Source: Candidatus Nanopusillus acidilobi
GTDB taxonomy: Archaea; Nanobdellota; Nanobdellia; Nanobdellales; Nanobdellaceae
Length of the DNA stretch: 32,000 nucleotides
NCBI GenBank assembly: GCA_001552015.1
Contig: CP010514.1
Span: 270,001-302,000, forward strand
Direction of reading: 5' to 3'
Below the pieces are notes generated by a model that was given only the letters and a program-made list of their open reading frames with translations, ran no database searches and was not told the origin of the DNA. Numbering within the stretch: position 1 is the stretch's first letter; the number at the start of each line of letters is the position of its first letter. Of this stretch, positions 7,691-15,743 are shown piece after piece. A program made the position numbers and the translations under genes.

Positions 7691-9091
7691 TTATTCTTGT
7701 AATTTTTTAATATTTCTAGTATGTAATTCTCTTATATCATTAATATTTAGATATATTGTTGCAAGTCTATCAACACCAAGACCCCATGCCAATACTGGAT
7801 AATTTATATTAAATTGTTTTAGTAATTCTTCCCTAAATACACCTGCACCTCCAACTTCAATCCATCCTAATTTTGGATGCTCAGCATATACTTCAACAGA
7901 AGGTTCTGTAAATGGAAAATATGCTGGATAGAATTTTATATTTTTTGCTTTTACAACATTTACTACTAATTCTTTTAATATTCCTAATAAATCTAAAAAT
8001 GTTAAATTATCATCTAAAACAATTCCTTCAAGTTGATTGAATTCAATAAAATGCTTTGCATCAATTGTATCATATCTAAATACTTTTTCTATTAAAAAAT
8101 ATTTACCAGGTTTTTCTGCATTTAATAATGTTCTTGCAGATATAGCAGTATCATGTGATATTAACATAGCTCTTTTTGAAATATTTTCATCAAATGTTTT
8201 AAAATATTTTAATTGTGTCTTTTTAACATTTTCAAATAAATCTTTTGGAAAATCTTCTATATATTGTATATTTTTAATATAAAATGCATCCATTATTGAA
8301 ATATCTCCTGCAGGATGATCCTGTGGTATAAATAAACAATCTAAATCCCAGAAATGTGATATTATCATATTATATTTATCCATTTCTTTAAATCCCATTG
8401 ATATTAATTCTTCTCTTATTTTATCTAAAAATTCTAAATATGGATTATATCTTCCAATATTTTCTTCTTCAATATTAATTCTTATATCATATGGCCTAAA
8501 TTTTTTATTTTTATATATTTTTTTATCAATAACTTCCTTTGTATATTTTTCAATATATTCTTCAGGTTTATAATTTTTCAAAATTTCTTTTCCTTTTTCA
8601 TTTATTTTTGCATAATAAATTGTTTCTTCCTTTTCTTCAATAATTCCTTTTCTTCCTTTAAATAATTTTATTGTATTTTCATTAATATTTTCTAAATATT
8701 TTTCATATGTTTCTATTTCTTTAATATATATTACTTTTCCATTTTCGATCTTTATTGCACCATTTTTTCTTAAGAATCCTAAAGAAAAGGCTAATTCATC
8801 TTTATTAAAATATTTATTCAATTCTTCTAGATTTATTTCTTTCCTTTCCTTTAATAAATTTAATAATCTTCTTTCAGGTAATCCTTCTTTTAAATATTTT
8901 TTTCCAAGTTCAGTTAATTCATATTTTTTTATTTTTTCTTCTCTTAATTCTATTAATCCTTTTTCTTTTAAAAATCCCAAAGTTCTTAATACTTTATATT
9001 TTTCAATATTTAATTCATTTGAAATTTCATCTAAATTTTTCCAATTATCATTTAATATAGATAATACTTTATATTCAATTTCAGATATCAT
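7691..9091 (-). CDS. pheS: Phenylalanyl-tRNA synthetase alpha subunit (archaeal type)
   Basis: 466 aa with N-terminal winged-helix repeats. The class II core has FRYDTIDAKHFIEFNQLEG (motif 2) and GAGVF...AWGLGVDRLA (motif 3). Confidence 0.9.
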   Translation of the reverse strand: MISEIEYKVLSILNDNWKNLDEISNELNIEKYKVLRTLGFLKEKGLIELREEKIKKYELTELGKKYLKEGLPERRLLNLLKERKEINLEELNKYFNKDELAFSLGFLRKNGAIKIENGKVIYIKEIETYEKYLENINENTIKLFKGRKGIIEEKEETIYYAKINEKGKEILKNYKPEEYIEKYTKEVIDKKIYKNKKFRPYDIRINIEEENIGRYNPYLEFLDKIREELISMGFKEMDKYNMIISHFWDLDCLFIPQDHPAGDISIMDAFYIKNIQYIEDFPKDLFENVKKTQLKYFKTFDENISKRAMLISHDTAISARTLLNAEKPGKYFLIEKVFRYDTIDAKHFIEFNQLEGIVLDDNLTFLDLLGILKELVVNVVKAKNIKFYPAYFPFTEPSVEVYAEHPKLGWIEVGGAGVFREELLKQFNINYPVLAWGLGVDRLATIYLNINDIRELHTRNIKKLQE

Positions 9092-10739
9092 ATTTAATAT
9101 ATTTCATTAATTCCTTTATGCTTATTTCAAAACCAGTTAATGGATACTTTATATCTAATTTTTCTAATATATTTGGATCAATTTCTCCAATCCATCCAAT
9201 ATTTTCATTATTTACAAATATATCTCCTTGTCTTCCATCTATTAAAAATTTATGATTTGAATTTCTTATATCAAAATCAATTTCTAATTCTTTAAATAAT
9301 CTCTTTAATACCTTTAATGAATCATTTACAGAAACCTCATAATTAGAATAAATATATAATAAATCTAAATCTTCAATTATTTTATTATTTTTAATATATG
9401 AAACCCTATTTAATTCAAATATTTTTGCAGGGAATTTTAATTCATTATTTTCAGATAATAATTGTAAGAAAGAAGATAATAAATATACTCTAATTGAATT
9501 ATAAGATGATGATGCAGGATTTATTAATTCAATAATCTCTCTATCTTCATTTAATAAGCTATTTATATCCTTATTAGATAATATTGGAGTATATATTTCT
9601 ATGCATCCCATATTAACCATTATTTTTCTTATATTATTTATTATCTTTCTTTCTTTACTTAATTCTCCCTTTGTATATATTTTAATTTCTCTTGGTTTTA
9701 AATTATTATATCCATAAGAAATCAATATTTCTTCAATTATATCATATTCAGATAATATATCATCCCTATAATTTAGATATTCAATAATTAATTTATTATT
9801 TTCAATTTTTGCATTCATTCTTTTTCTATTTAAATATTCAACAATTTTTTTATCATCTAATTCTATTCCTAAATATTTTTTAATTTTATTTAAATCCATT
9901 TCTTTTTTAATAATTTTTAATTCTGGTGTTTTAATTTTTTTATCAGGATATATTACATTAATTGAATATATTTCTCCTCCAAAATCTTTTAATGCCAATA
10001 CAATTACATTTAATGCCAATAATATTTTTTCTAAATCTGTTCCGGAAACATCTATGAAAATATTTTTTGTATTAATATCTAGCTTTCCAATTTTATTTGA
10101 ATTTATTATTGGAGGAAATGAAATAATATTATTATTTGAATCAATTAATATTGGATATTTATTATATTTATTTAAAATATTTGCATATTTTTTACCAGGT
10201 TCTGTATTTTCCAATATTTCTCTTAATGATAATTCTTTATCAAATCCTAAAGGAATAAATTTTGTTTCTGGATCTGCTAATTTATAATAAACAGGAAATT
10301 CAATTAAATCAAAATTATGTGTCCCAATTGCAACTTTTTGTCTATTTCTTCCAAAAGATTGTGATATTTTTTCTTGTAATTGTATTAAATCTTTTAATCT
10401 GTCTTCATTTAATTTTACATTTTTAACAATTGCACCAACAATATATGGTCTTACATTTGATATTTCTTTATCAACAATTAAACTATAGGGAGAATCTTTT
10501 ATTTCAAATTTTGGAATTCCATTTTCAATATTTAATATTCCTTTTAATTCTCTTGCAATTCCAGTTAAACTATATAAATCAATTCTATTAAAATCTTTTA
10601 CTTCAATTTTTGCATTATTTCCATTAATTTCATCTAATTCACATTTTATATTTAATAAATATTCACTTAATTCTTCTTCAGATAATTTTTTATTTAATAG
10701 TTTATATAATTCATTTAAAGATACATCTAAAACAACCAT
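9081..10739 (-). CDS. pheT: Phenylalanyl-tRNA synthetase beta subunit (archaeal type)
   Basis: 552 aa with B3/4 and B5 domain-like regions. It lies directly upstream of pheS, overlaps it by 11 nt, and has the size and architecture of archaeal PheT. Confidence 0.85.
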   Translation of the reverse strand: MVVLDVSLNELYKLLNKKLSEEELSEYLLNIKCELDEINGNNAKIEVKDFNRIDLYSLTGIARELKGILNIENGIPKFEIKDSPYSLIVDKEISNVRPYIVGAIVKNVKLNEDRLKDLIQLQEKISQSFGRNRQKVAIGTHNFDLIEFPVYYKLADPETKFIPLGFDKELSLREILENTEPGKKYANILNKYNKYPILIDSNNNIISFPPIINSNKIGKLDINTKNIFIDVSGTDLEKILLALNVIVLALKDFGGEIYSINVIYPDKKIKTPELKIIKKEMDLNKIKKYLGIELDDKKIVEYLNRKRMNAKIENNKLIIEYLNYRDDILSEYDIIEEILISYGYNNLKPREIKIYTKGELSKERKIINNIRKIMVNMGCIEIYTPILSNKDINSLLNEDREIIELINPASSSYNSIRVYLLSSFLQLLSENNELKFPAKIFELNRVSYIKNNKIIEDLDLLYIYSNYEVSVNDSLKVLKRLFKELEIDFDIRNSNHKFLIDGRQGDIFVNNENIGWIGEIDPNILEKLDIKYPLTGFEISIKELMKYIKYDI

Positions 10740-10999
10740 TAAACCTCAATTCCTAATTTCTTTAAAATTTCTTGTTCTTTATTTTTATTCTTTATATCTT
10801 TTTTAGAAATTCCCCTATATCTTGCACATGCAGGACAAATATATATTTTTATAGGACTGGATAAAATTAGCATGGGACTTTGTTCTGCAGAAACATCTGG
10901 TTTAAGTTTTGGTGATATTGTTAGTTTAATTGCCTTATCCAATCTCACCATTCTTCCACAATAATAACAAGGTACATATTCATACTTCTTATTCTTCAT
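10739..10999 (-). CDS. rps26e: Ribosomal protein eS26
   Basis: 86 aa. YVPCYYCGRMVRLDKAIK...KIYICPACARYRGI matches the eS26 pattern (v.C..CGr.vpkDKAi...YC..CA...gi). Its stop overlaps the pheT start (TAATG). Confidence 0.6.
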   Translation of the reverse strand: MKNKKYEYVPCYYCGRMVRLDKAIKLTISPKLKPDVSAEQSPMLILSSPIKIYICPACARYRGISKKDIKNKNKEQEILKKLGIEV

Positions 11000-11119
11000 T
11001 GTTTTATATTATTTGATATTATCATATTTGCCATAAACGTATATTATTAGGATAAAATTTTTAATCTTAAATATTTAAAAGGGTAAAACTTTATTAATTT
11101 ATAATGGTATATCGGTCAG

Positions 11120-12706
11120 ATGGGGTTTCCAGTTGATATAGATTTTTTAAGGAATAATATAGAATTATATAAAGAAACATTTAGAAAAAGGGGTTTAGAT
11201 GAAAATATTGTAGATAAAGTAATTGAGTTAGATAATAAGAGAAGGGAGTTACAAAGGGAGTTAGATAAATTAAGATATAAGAAAAATTTATTATCAAAAT
11301 TTTATGGATCAGTTATTCAATATTTAAATGGAAAAATAGATAGAAATACATTAATTAAAGCTGCAATAGATATTGGATATGATATACATGAAGGAAATAT
11401 TTCAGAAGAATTATTAAATAAATTAAAGGAAGATATAAAAGATTTAGATGAAGAAATAAAGAAAGAAGAAGAAGAATTTAATAATGTTGAGAATAATTTA
11501 ATAGACCTATTATGGAATTTTCCAAATCTATTATCAAATGAAGTTCCTGTTGGAGATGAAAGTAAAAATACACCAGTAAAATTCTGGGGAATTCCTAGAG
11601 TATATGATATAAATTTATTTAAAGAACAGACTGAAAGATTTGGATGGAGGATTGTTGAATTAAATGAAATATTAAATAATAAGGAATATGAAAAATATAT
11701 AAAAAATAGAGAATTACTTGAAGAATTAAATAAAATATTAAATGATGAAGAAGATTTTAAAGAAATAAACTTTAATGATGTATTAGATTTTGATAAATTA
11801 AATAATGACAAAATAGTAGTATATAAAAAGGTAAATCATGAATTAAAGCATCAATATGATATATTAAAAGAATTTAATTTAGCAGATACAGATATTGCTG
11901 GAGAAGTTTCTGGTTCAAGATTTTACTTTGAATTTAATATATTATCTTTGTTAGATTTATCATTGAGTATGGAAGGTGTAAAATATATGATAAATAAAGG
12001 TTATACATTTACAATACCTCCTTATATGCTAAAAAAAGATATATTGGATGGAATAATAACATTGGATGATTTTGCAGATATGATGTATAAAATTGATGGA
12101 GAAGATCTATATTTAATAGGGACTGCTGAGCATCCAATAACTGCATTATATTATAATAGAATTATTGAAGAAGATCAATTACCAATTAAGATTGTTGGAT
12201 GGAGTCCATGCTTTAGAAAGGAAGCTGGTGCACATGGTAAAGATACAAAGGGATTATTTAGATTGCATCAATTCCATAAAATTGAACAATATATATTTTG
12301 TAAACCAGAAGATTCTGAAAAATATCATAAAGAATTAATAAGAAATGCAGAAGAATTTTTAGAGAAATTGAATATACCATATAGGACAGTTATAATTGCA
12401 TCAATGGATATGGGAAAGAGAAATTATAAACAATATGATATTGAAGGATGGTTCCCAGGACAAAATAAATATAGGGAATTAGTATCTGGATCGAATGTAA
12501 CAGATTGGCAGGCAAGGAGATCAAATATTAGATATAGAAAAAAGGATAATAGTTTAGATTACGTACATACATTAAATTGTACATTATCTGCAATACAAAG
12601 AACATTAACATGTATAATAGAAAATAACTATGATTATAAAAATAATAGAATATTAATACCCGGAATATTAAGGCAATATATTGGAAAAGATTTTATAACA
12701 AAATAG
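11120..12706 (+). CDS. serS: Seryl-tRNA synthetase (bacterial-type class II, with expansions)
   Basis: 528 aa. It has an N-terminal coiled-coil arm, SGSRFYF, FRKEAGAHGKDTKGLFRLHQFHKIEQ (motif 2), GSNVTDWQARR, and HTLNCTLSAIQRTL (motif 3). Confidence 0.9.
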   Translation: MGFPVDIDFLRNNIELYKETFRKRGLDENIVDKVIELDNKRRELQRELDKLRYKKNLLSKFYGSVIQYLNGKIDRNTLIKAAIDIGYDIHEGNISEELLNKLKEDIKDLDEEIKKEEEEFNNVENNLIDLLWNFPNLLSNEVPVGDESKNTPVKFWGIPRVYDINLFKEQTERFGWRIVELNEILNNKEYEKYIKNRELLEELNKILNDEEDFKEINFNDVLDFDKLNNDKIVVYKKVNHELKHQYDILKEFNLADTDIAGEVSGSRFYFEFNILSLLDLSLSMEGVKYMINKGYTFTIPPYMLKKDILDGIITLDDFADMMYKIDGEDLYLIGTAEHPITALYYNRIIEEDQLPIKIVGWSPCFRKEAGAHGKDTKGLFRLHQFHKIEQYIFCKPEDSEKYHKELIRNAEEFLEKLNIPYRTVIIASMDMGKRNYKQYDIEGWFPGQNKYRELVSGSNVTDWQARRSNIRYRKKDNSLDYVHTLNCTLSAIQRTLTCIIENNYDYKNNRILIPGILRQYIGKDFITK

Positions 12707-12778
12707 CCGCGGAGGGGATTCGAACCCCTGATAAGAGGGTCTGCAGCCCTCCCCCTTAGGCCCCTCGGGCACCGCGGC
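12705..12778 (-). tRNA. tRNA-Cys (anticodon GCA)
   Basis: The reverse complement folds as a cloverleaf. The acceptor stem GCCGCGG/CCGCGGC has 7 perfect bp. The D arm is CCCG...AGGG. The anticodon stem GAGGG/CCCUC carries loop CUGCAGA. The variable loop is 5 nt, and the T arm is AGGGG-UUCGAAU-CCCCU. The discriminator is U, the known Cys identity element. CCA is not encoded. This is the only GC-rich island in the window. Confidence 0.9.
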
Positions 12779-12781
12779 ATA

Positions 12782-13399
12782 TTAAATTTTTAATATTCTC
12801 TTATTATAAAACTTCTTACTATTTATATCATAATCATATAAAATAGGTACTGCAGGTTCAATTTCTAAATTTAATATTTGTTCTTCATTTAAATTTTCAA
12901 TATATGAAACAATTGACCTTAAACTATTTCCATGTGCAACAACTAAAACATTTTTATTTAATTCTAAGTCTCCCTTTATTGCTCTTTCAAAAAATGGTAT
13001 AGTTCTTTTTTGTGTATCTTCTAAACTTTCCCCATTTGGAGGTCTTACTTTTAAACTTCTTCTCCATAATCTTACTTGTTCTTTTCCATATATTTCTGCA
13101 ACTTTATCCTTATTTAATCCTTGTAAATCTCCATAATGTCTTTCATTTAAACTAATATCTTTTATTACTGGAATATTATATCCTAATATTTTTATAATAA
13201 TTTCTAATGTTTCAATTGCTCTTGATAATAAACTTGTATATGCAATATCAAATTTTATATTTAAACTTTTTAATATTTCTCCAGCTCTTTTTGCCTGTTC
13301 TCTTCCTTCATCTGTTAATGGTACATCTACCCATCCAGTAAATCTATTTTCTTTATTCCATAATGATTCGCCATGCCTTATTAAGCATAGTATGGGCAT
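12782..13399 (-). CDS. gpmA: 2,3-bisphosphoglycerate-dependent phosphoglycerate mutase (histidine phosphatase family, short form)
   Basis: 205 aa. LIRHGESLWNKENRFTGWVDVPLTDEGREQA is the classical dPGM signature, and the second catalytic His lies in VVAHGNSLR. Confidence 0.8.
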   Translation of the reverse strand: MPILCLIRHGESLWNKENRFTGWVDVPLTDEGREQAKRAGEILKSLNIKFDIAYTSLLSRAIETLEIIIKILGYNIPVIKDISLNERHYGDLQGLNKDKVAEIYGKEQVRLWRRSLKVRPPNGESLEDTQKRTIPFFERAIKGDLELNKNVLVVAHGNSLRSIVSYIENLNEEQILNLEIEPAVPILYDYDINSKKFYNKRILKI

Positions 13400-13400
13400 A

Positions 13401-13718
13401 TTAGTTATTATCCCTTAAATACTTATATACCTGTTTTCCCAATAATGTTAATTTATAATATGTATGATGCATTCTAACCTGAAATTGTTTCTTTAATCTT
13501 GCTTTTGTTCTCTTAACAGTTTTACTATGTACTTCTTCAATCAATCCAATCTCTTTTAATTCTTCTAATATCTTATTTACTTTATTAATATCAATTTTTG
13601 TATATTTTGATATGTTTTTTGCATAATCCAAATTCGCAATCTTTAAGTGATTTAGAACTTTAAAATAATCGGGATCATCTTTTAGCATTTTTGCTAATAA
13701 TCTTATTTCTTCTGACAT
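13401..13718 (-). CDS. Winged-helix DNA-binding protein (putative transcription regulator)
   Basis: I place the start at the internal ATG, giving MSEEIRLLAKML and 105 aa. The tracked 22-aa extension is hydrophobic and would run into the divergent gene. NISKYTKIDINKVNKILEELKEIGLIE...HHTYYKLTLLGKQ has the wHTH plus wing pattern. Confidence 0.55.
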   Translation of the reverse strand: MSEEIRLLAKMLKDDPDYFKVLNHLKIANLDYAKNISKYTKIDINKVNKILEELKEIGLIEEVHSKTVKRTKARLKKQFQVRMHHTYYKLTLLGKQVYKYLRDNN

Positions 13719-13751
13719 ATGTTTAATAATTCTGAAAAATGTATATGTTTT

Positions 13752-14366
13752 ATGAATCCAAAAGATGATCTTGAAAAGAAGCATTTTTATACATATTGTA
13801 TAAGTGAGAAGGATTATATAAAAAAAGGAGAAAGAGTGGGATTGTTTATATTTTATGAATATATAGAGAAGACATTAAATGAATTTCCAAAAATAAATGA
13901 TGATGTTCTTGAAATAATTAGACTATTTTTAAATAATATATATTTATTGATATCCAAACCAGAAGAAAATGAAAAATATTTAAAATATGCAGTATATATT
14001 GAAGAAAAGGCAGAAGAATTGGAAAAAATTGGTAAAGAAAAAATAAAGAATTTTATAGATTTTTCAGATATAGATGATGAAGAAATAAAGAAATTAAATA
14101 ATTTAAGAATAAATATAAGGATATTGGAAGATTTATTTTGGTTAATAGTTAAGAATAAAGAAATACCAAATAATGGTTTATATTTAGTTATACCGCATTT
14201 CCTAAATGTATCATCAAAATATGTATTTTATTATATAGCAATTAAATATTATGATAAATTAAAACCAATTAAAAGATTGGATAATATAGAGGTAAAATAT
14301 AATGAAGAAAAATATAAAGAATATTTAAATAAATATAAAAACAAAAGGCTTGATGAATATATATAA
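13752..14366 (+). CDS. Hypothetical K/E-rich protein
   Basis: An open frame with coding-like composition and no family recognised. The start is either ATG 13752 or ATG 13719. The ATG at 13719 abuts the divergent start codon directly (CATATG). Confidence 0.45.
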   Translation: MNPKDDLEKKHFYTYCISEKDYIKKGERVGLFIFYEYIEKTLNEFPKINDDVLEIIRLFLNNIYLLISKPEENEKYLKYAVYIEEKAEELEKIGKEKIKNFIDFSDIDDEEIKKLNNLRINIRILEDLFWLIVKNKEIPNNGLYLVIPHFLNVSSKYVFYYIAIKYYDKLKPIKRLDNIEVKYNEEKYKEYLNKYKNKRLDEYI

Positions 14367-14388
14367 AAATTTTTTGAAAAATTGAATT

Positions 14389-15684
14389 ATGAAATTTAGT
14401 ATAATTACTTTGGGATGTACATTAAATAAAGCTGAAGGAGAAATAATGAAAGATATACTAATTAAAAAAGGATATAAATATACAGAAAATCCTGATGAAA
14501 GTGAAATATTAATAATAAATACATGTACTGTTAAAGGACCAACAGAATCAAAAGCAATAAAATTGGTAAATAAATATAAGGATAAAAAATTAATCTTGGC
14601 AGGTTGTTTAGTACAACATCAACCAGAATTATTTAATGGTTATCCATTAATTGGTTTAGATCATATAGATGAAGTAGATAAAGTTTTGGAAGATTATTTA
14701 AATGGAAAAATAGATGTATTAATTGATAGAAAAAATACAAAAAAATTATTGCCTTCTGTGGATCAATATCCAATAAAGATAATAATATTGCAAGAAGGAT
14801 GTTTATGGAATTGTTTATATTGTGCTACAAAATTGGCAAGGGGTAATGCAAAATCATATCCTCCAGAATATATTTATAAAGAATTAAGGGATGCAAAATT
14901 AAATGGATTAAAGATTATATATTTTACAGGAACAGATTTAGCAACATATGGATATGATTTAAATATTGATTTAGCAGATTTATTATTTGGATTAAAAGAT
15001 ATTAAGGGAGAATATTATATAAGGGTTGGAATGGCAAATCCTGGAATTTTAAATAAATTTATTGATAAATTATTAGATTCTTATGATAATGAAAATATAT
15101 TCAAGTTCTTTCATATACCAGTTCAATCAGGATCAAATAATGTATTAAAAACAATGGGTAGGGGATATAGTATTGAAGACTTCTATGAATTAATTGAAAA
15201 AATAAGGAAAAGATATTATGAAGGAACAATTGCAACAGATATAATTGTTGGATATCCTACAGAAACTGAAGAAGATTTTAGAAAAACATTGGAATTAGTT
15301 GAAAATGTAAAATTTGATATAATAAATATATCAAAATATTGGCCAAGACCAAAAACATTATCATATAAATTATATAAACAACTACCTGGTCATATTGTAA
15401 AGGAAAGATCTAGAAAACTAAAAATTATATTTAATAAATATTCATATGAAAGAAATAAACAATGGTTAAATTGGGAAGGATATGCAATTGTAGAATCAAA
15501 AGGAAAATATGAAAATACATGGATTGCTAGAAATTATGCATATAAACAAATTATAGTAAAATCTGATAAAAATATTTTGGGAAAAACAATAAAAGTAAAA
15601 ATTAATAATATCACACCAATCGATTTAAGAGGTGAATTATTAGAAATAAAGGAAGAAAATTTATTGGAAAAAACATTATATTGA
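14389..15684 (+). CDS. Radical-SAM methylthiotransferase, archaeal MtaB/CDKAL1-like (MiaB family)
   Basis: 431 aa. The N-terminal UPF0004 domain has cysteines in GC, NTCTV and AGCL contexts. The radical-SAM motif is CLWNCLYC (CxxxCxxC). The C-terminus is TRAM-like. Confidence 0.85.
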   Translation: MKFSIITLGCTLNKAEGEIMKDILIKKGYKYTENPDESEILIINTCTVKGPTESKAIKLVNKYKDKKLILAGCLVQHQPELFNGYPLIGLDHIDEVDKVLEDYLNGKIDVLIDRKNTKKLLPSVDQYPIKIIILQEGCLWNCLYCATKLARGNAKSYPPEYIYKELRDAKLNGLKIIYFTGTDLATYGYDLNIDLADLLFGLKDIKGEYYIRVGMANPGILNKFIDKLLDSYDNENIFKFFHIPVQSGSNNVLKTMGRGYSIEDFYELIEKIRKRYYEGTIATDIIVGYPTETEEDFRKTLELVENVKFDIINISKYWPRPKTLSYKLYKQLPGHIVKERSRKLKIIFNKYSYERNKQWLNWEGYAIVESKGKYENTWIARNYAYKQIIVKSDKNILGKTIKVKINNITPIDLRGELLEIKEENLLEKTLY

Positions 15685-15686
15685 AA

Positions 15687-15706
15687 TTTACCACCGATTT
15701 GGTAAA
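15687..15706 (+). terminator. Hairpin just after the methylthiotransferase stop codon
   Basis: TTTACCA (15687-15693) pairs with TGGTAAA (15700-15706) around the 6-nt loop CCGATT, starting 3 nt after the TGA. Its role in termination is unproven. Confidence 0.25.
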
Positions 15707-15743
15707 ATATTATTTTAAATATGCTATAGTTTATTAAAAAATA

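Noticed and set aside
8037-8282. 81-aa ORF antisense to pheS
   Set aside because: It is a shadow ORF within a confidently assigned aminoacyl-tRNA synthetase gene.
10054-10287. 77-aa ORF antisense to pheT
   Set aside because: It is a shadow ORF within pheT.
11317-11811. 164-aa ORF antisense to serS
   Set aside because: It is a Ser/Phe/Asn-rich shadow of the K/E-rich coiled-coil and insertion region of serS. No start or promoter context supports it.
13719-13784. Longer N-terminal extension of the wHTH gene (start at 13784, MLLFKIIFWIHKTYTFFRIIKH...)
   Set aside because: The extension is hydrophobic and non-conserved in appearance, and it would overlap the divergent gene by 66 nt. The internal ATG at 13718 gives a typical wHTH-sized protein with a TATA-like element about 25-30 nt upstream.
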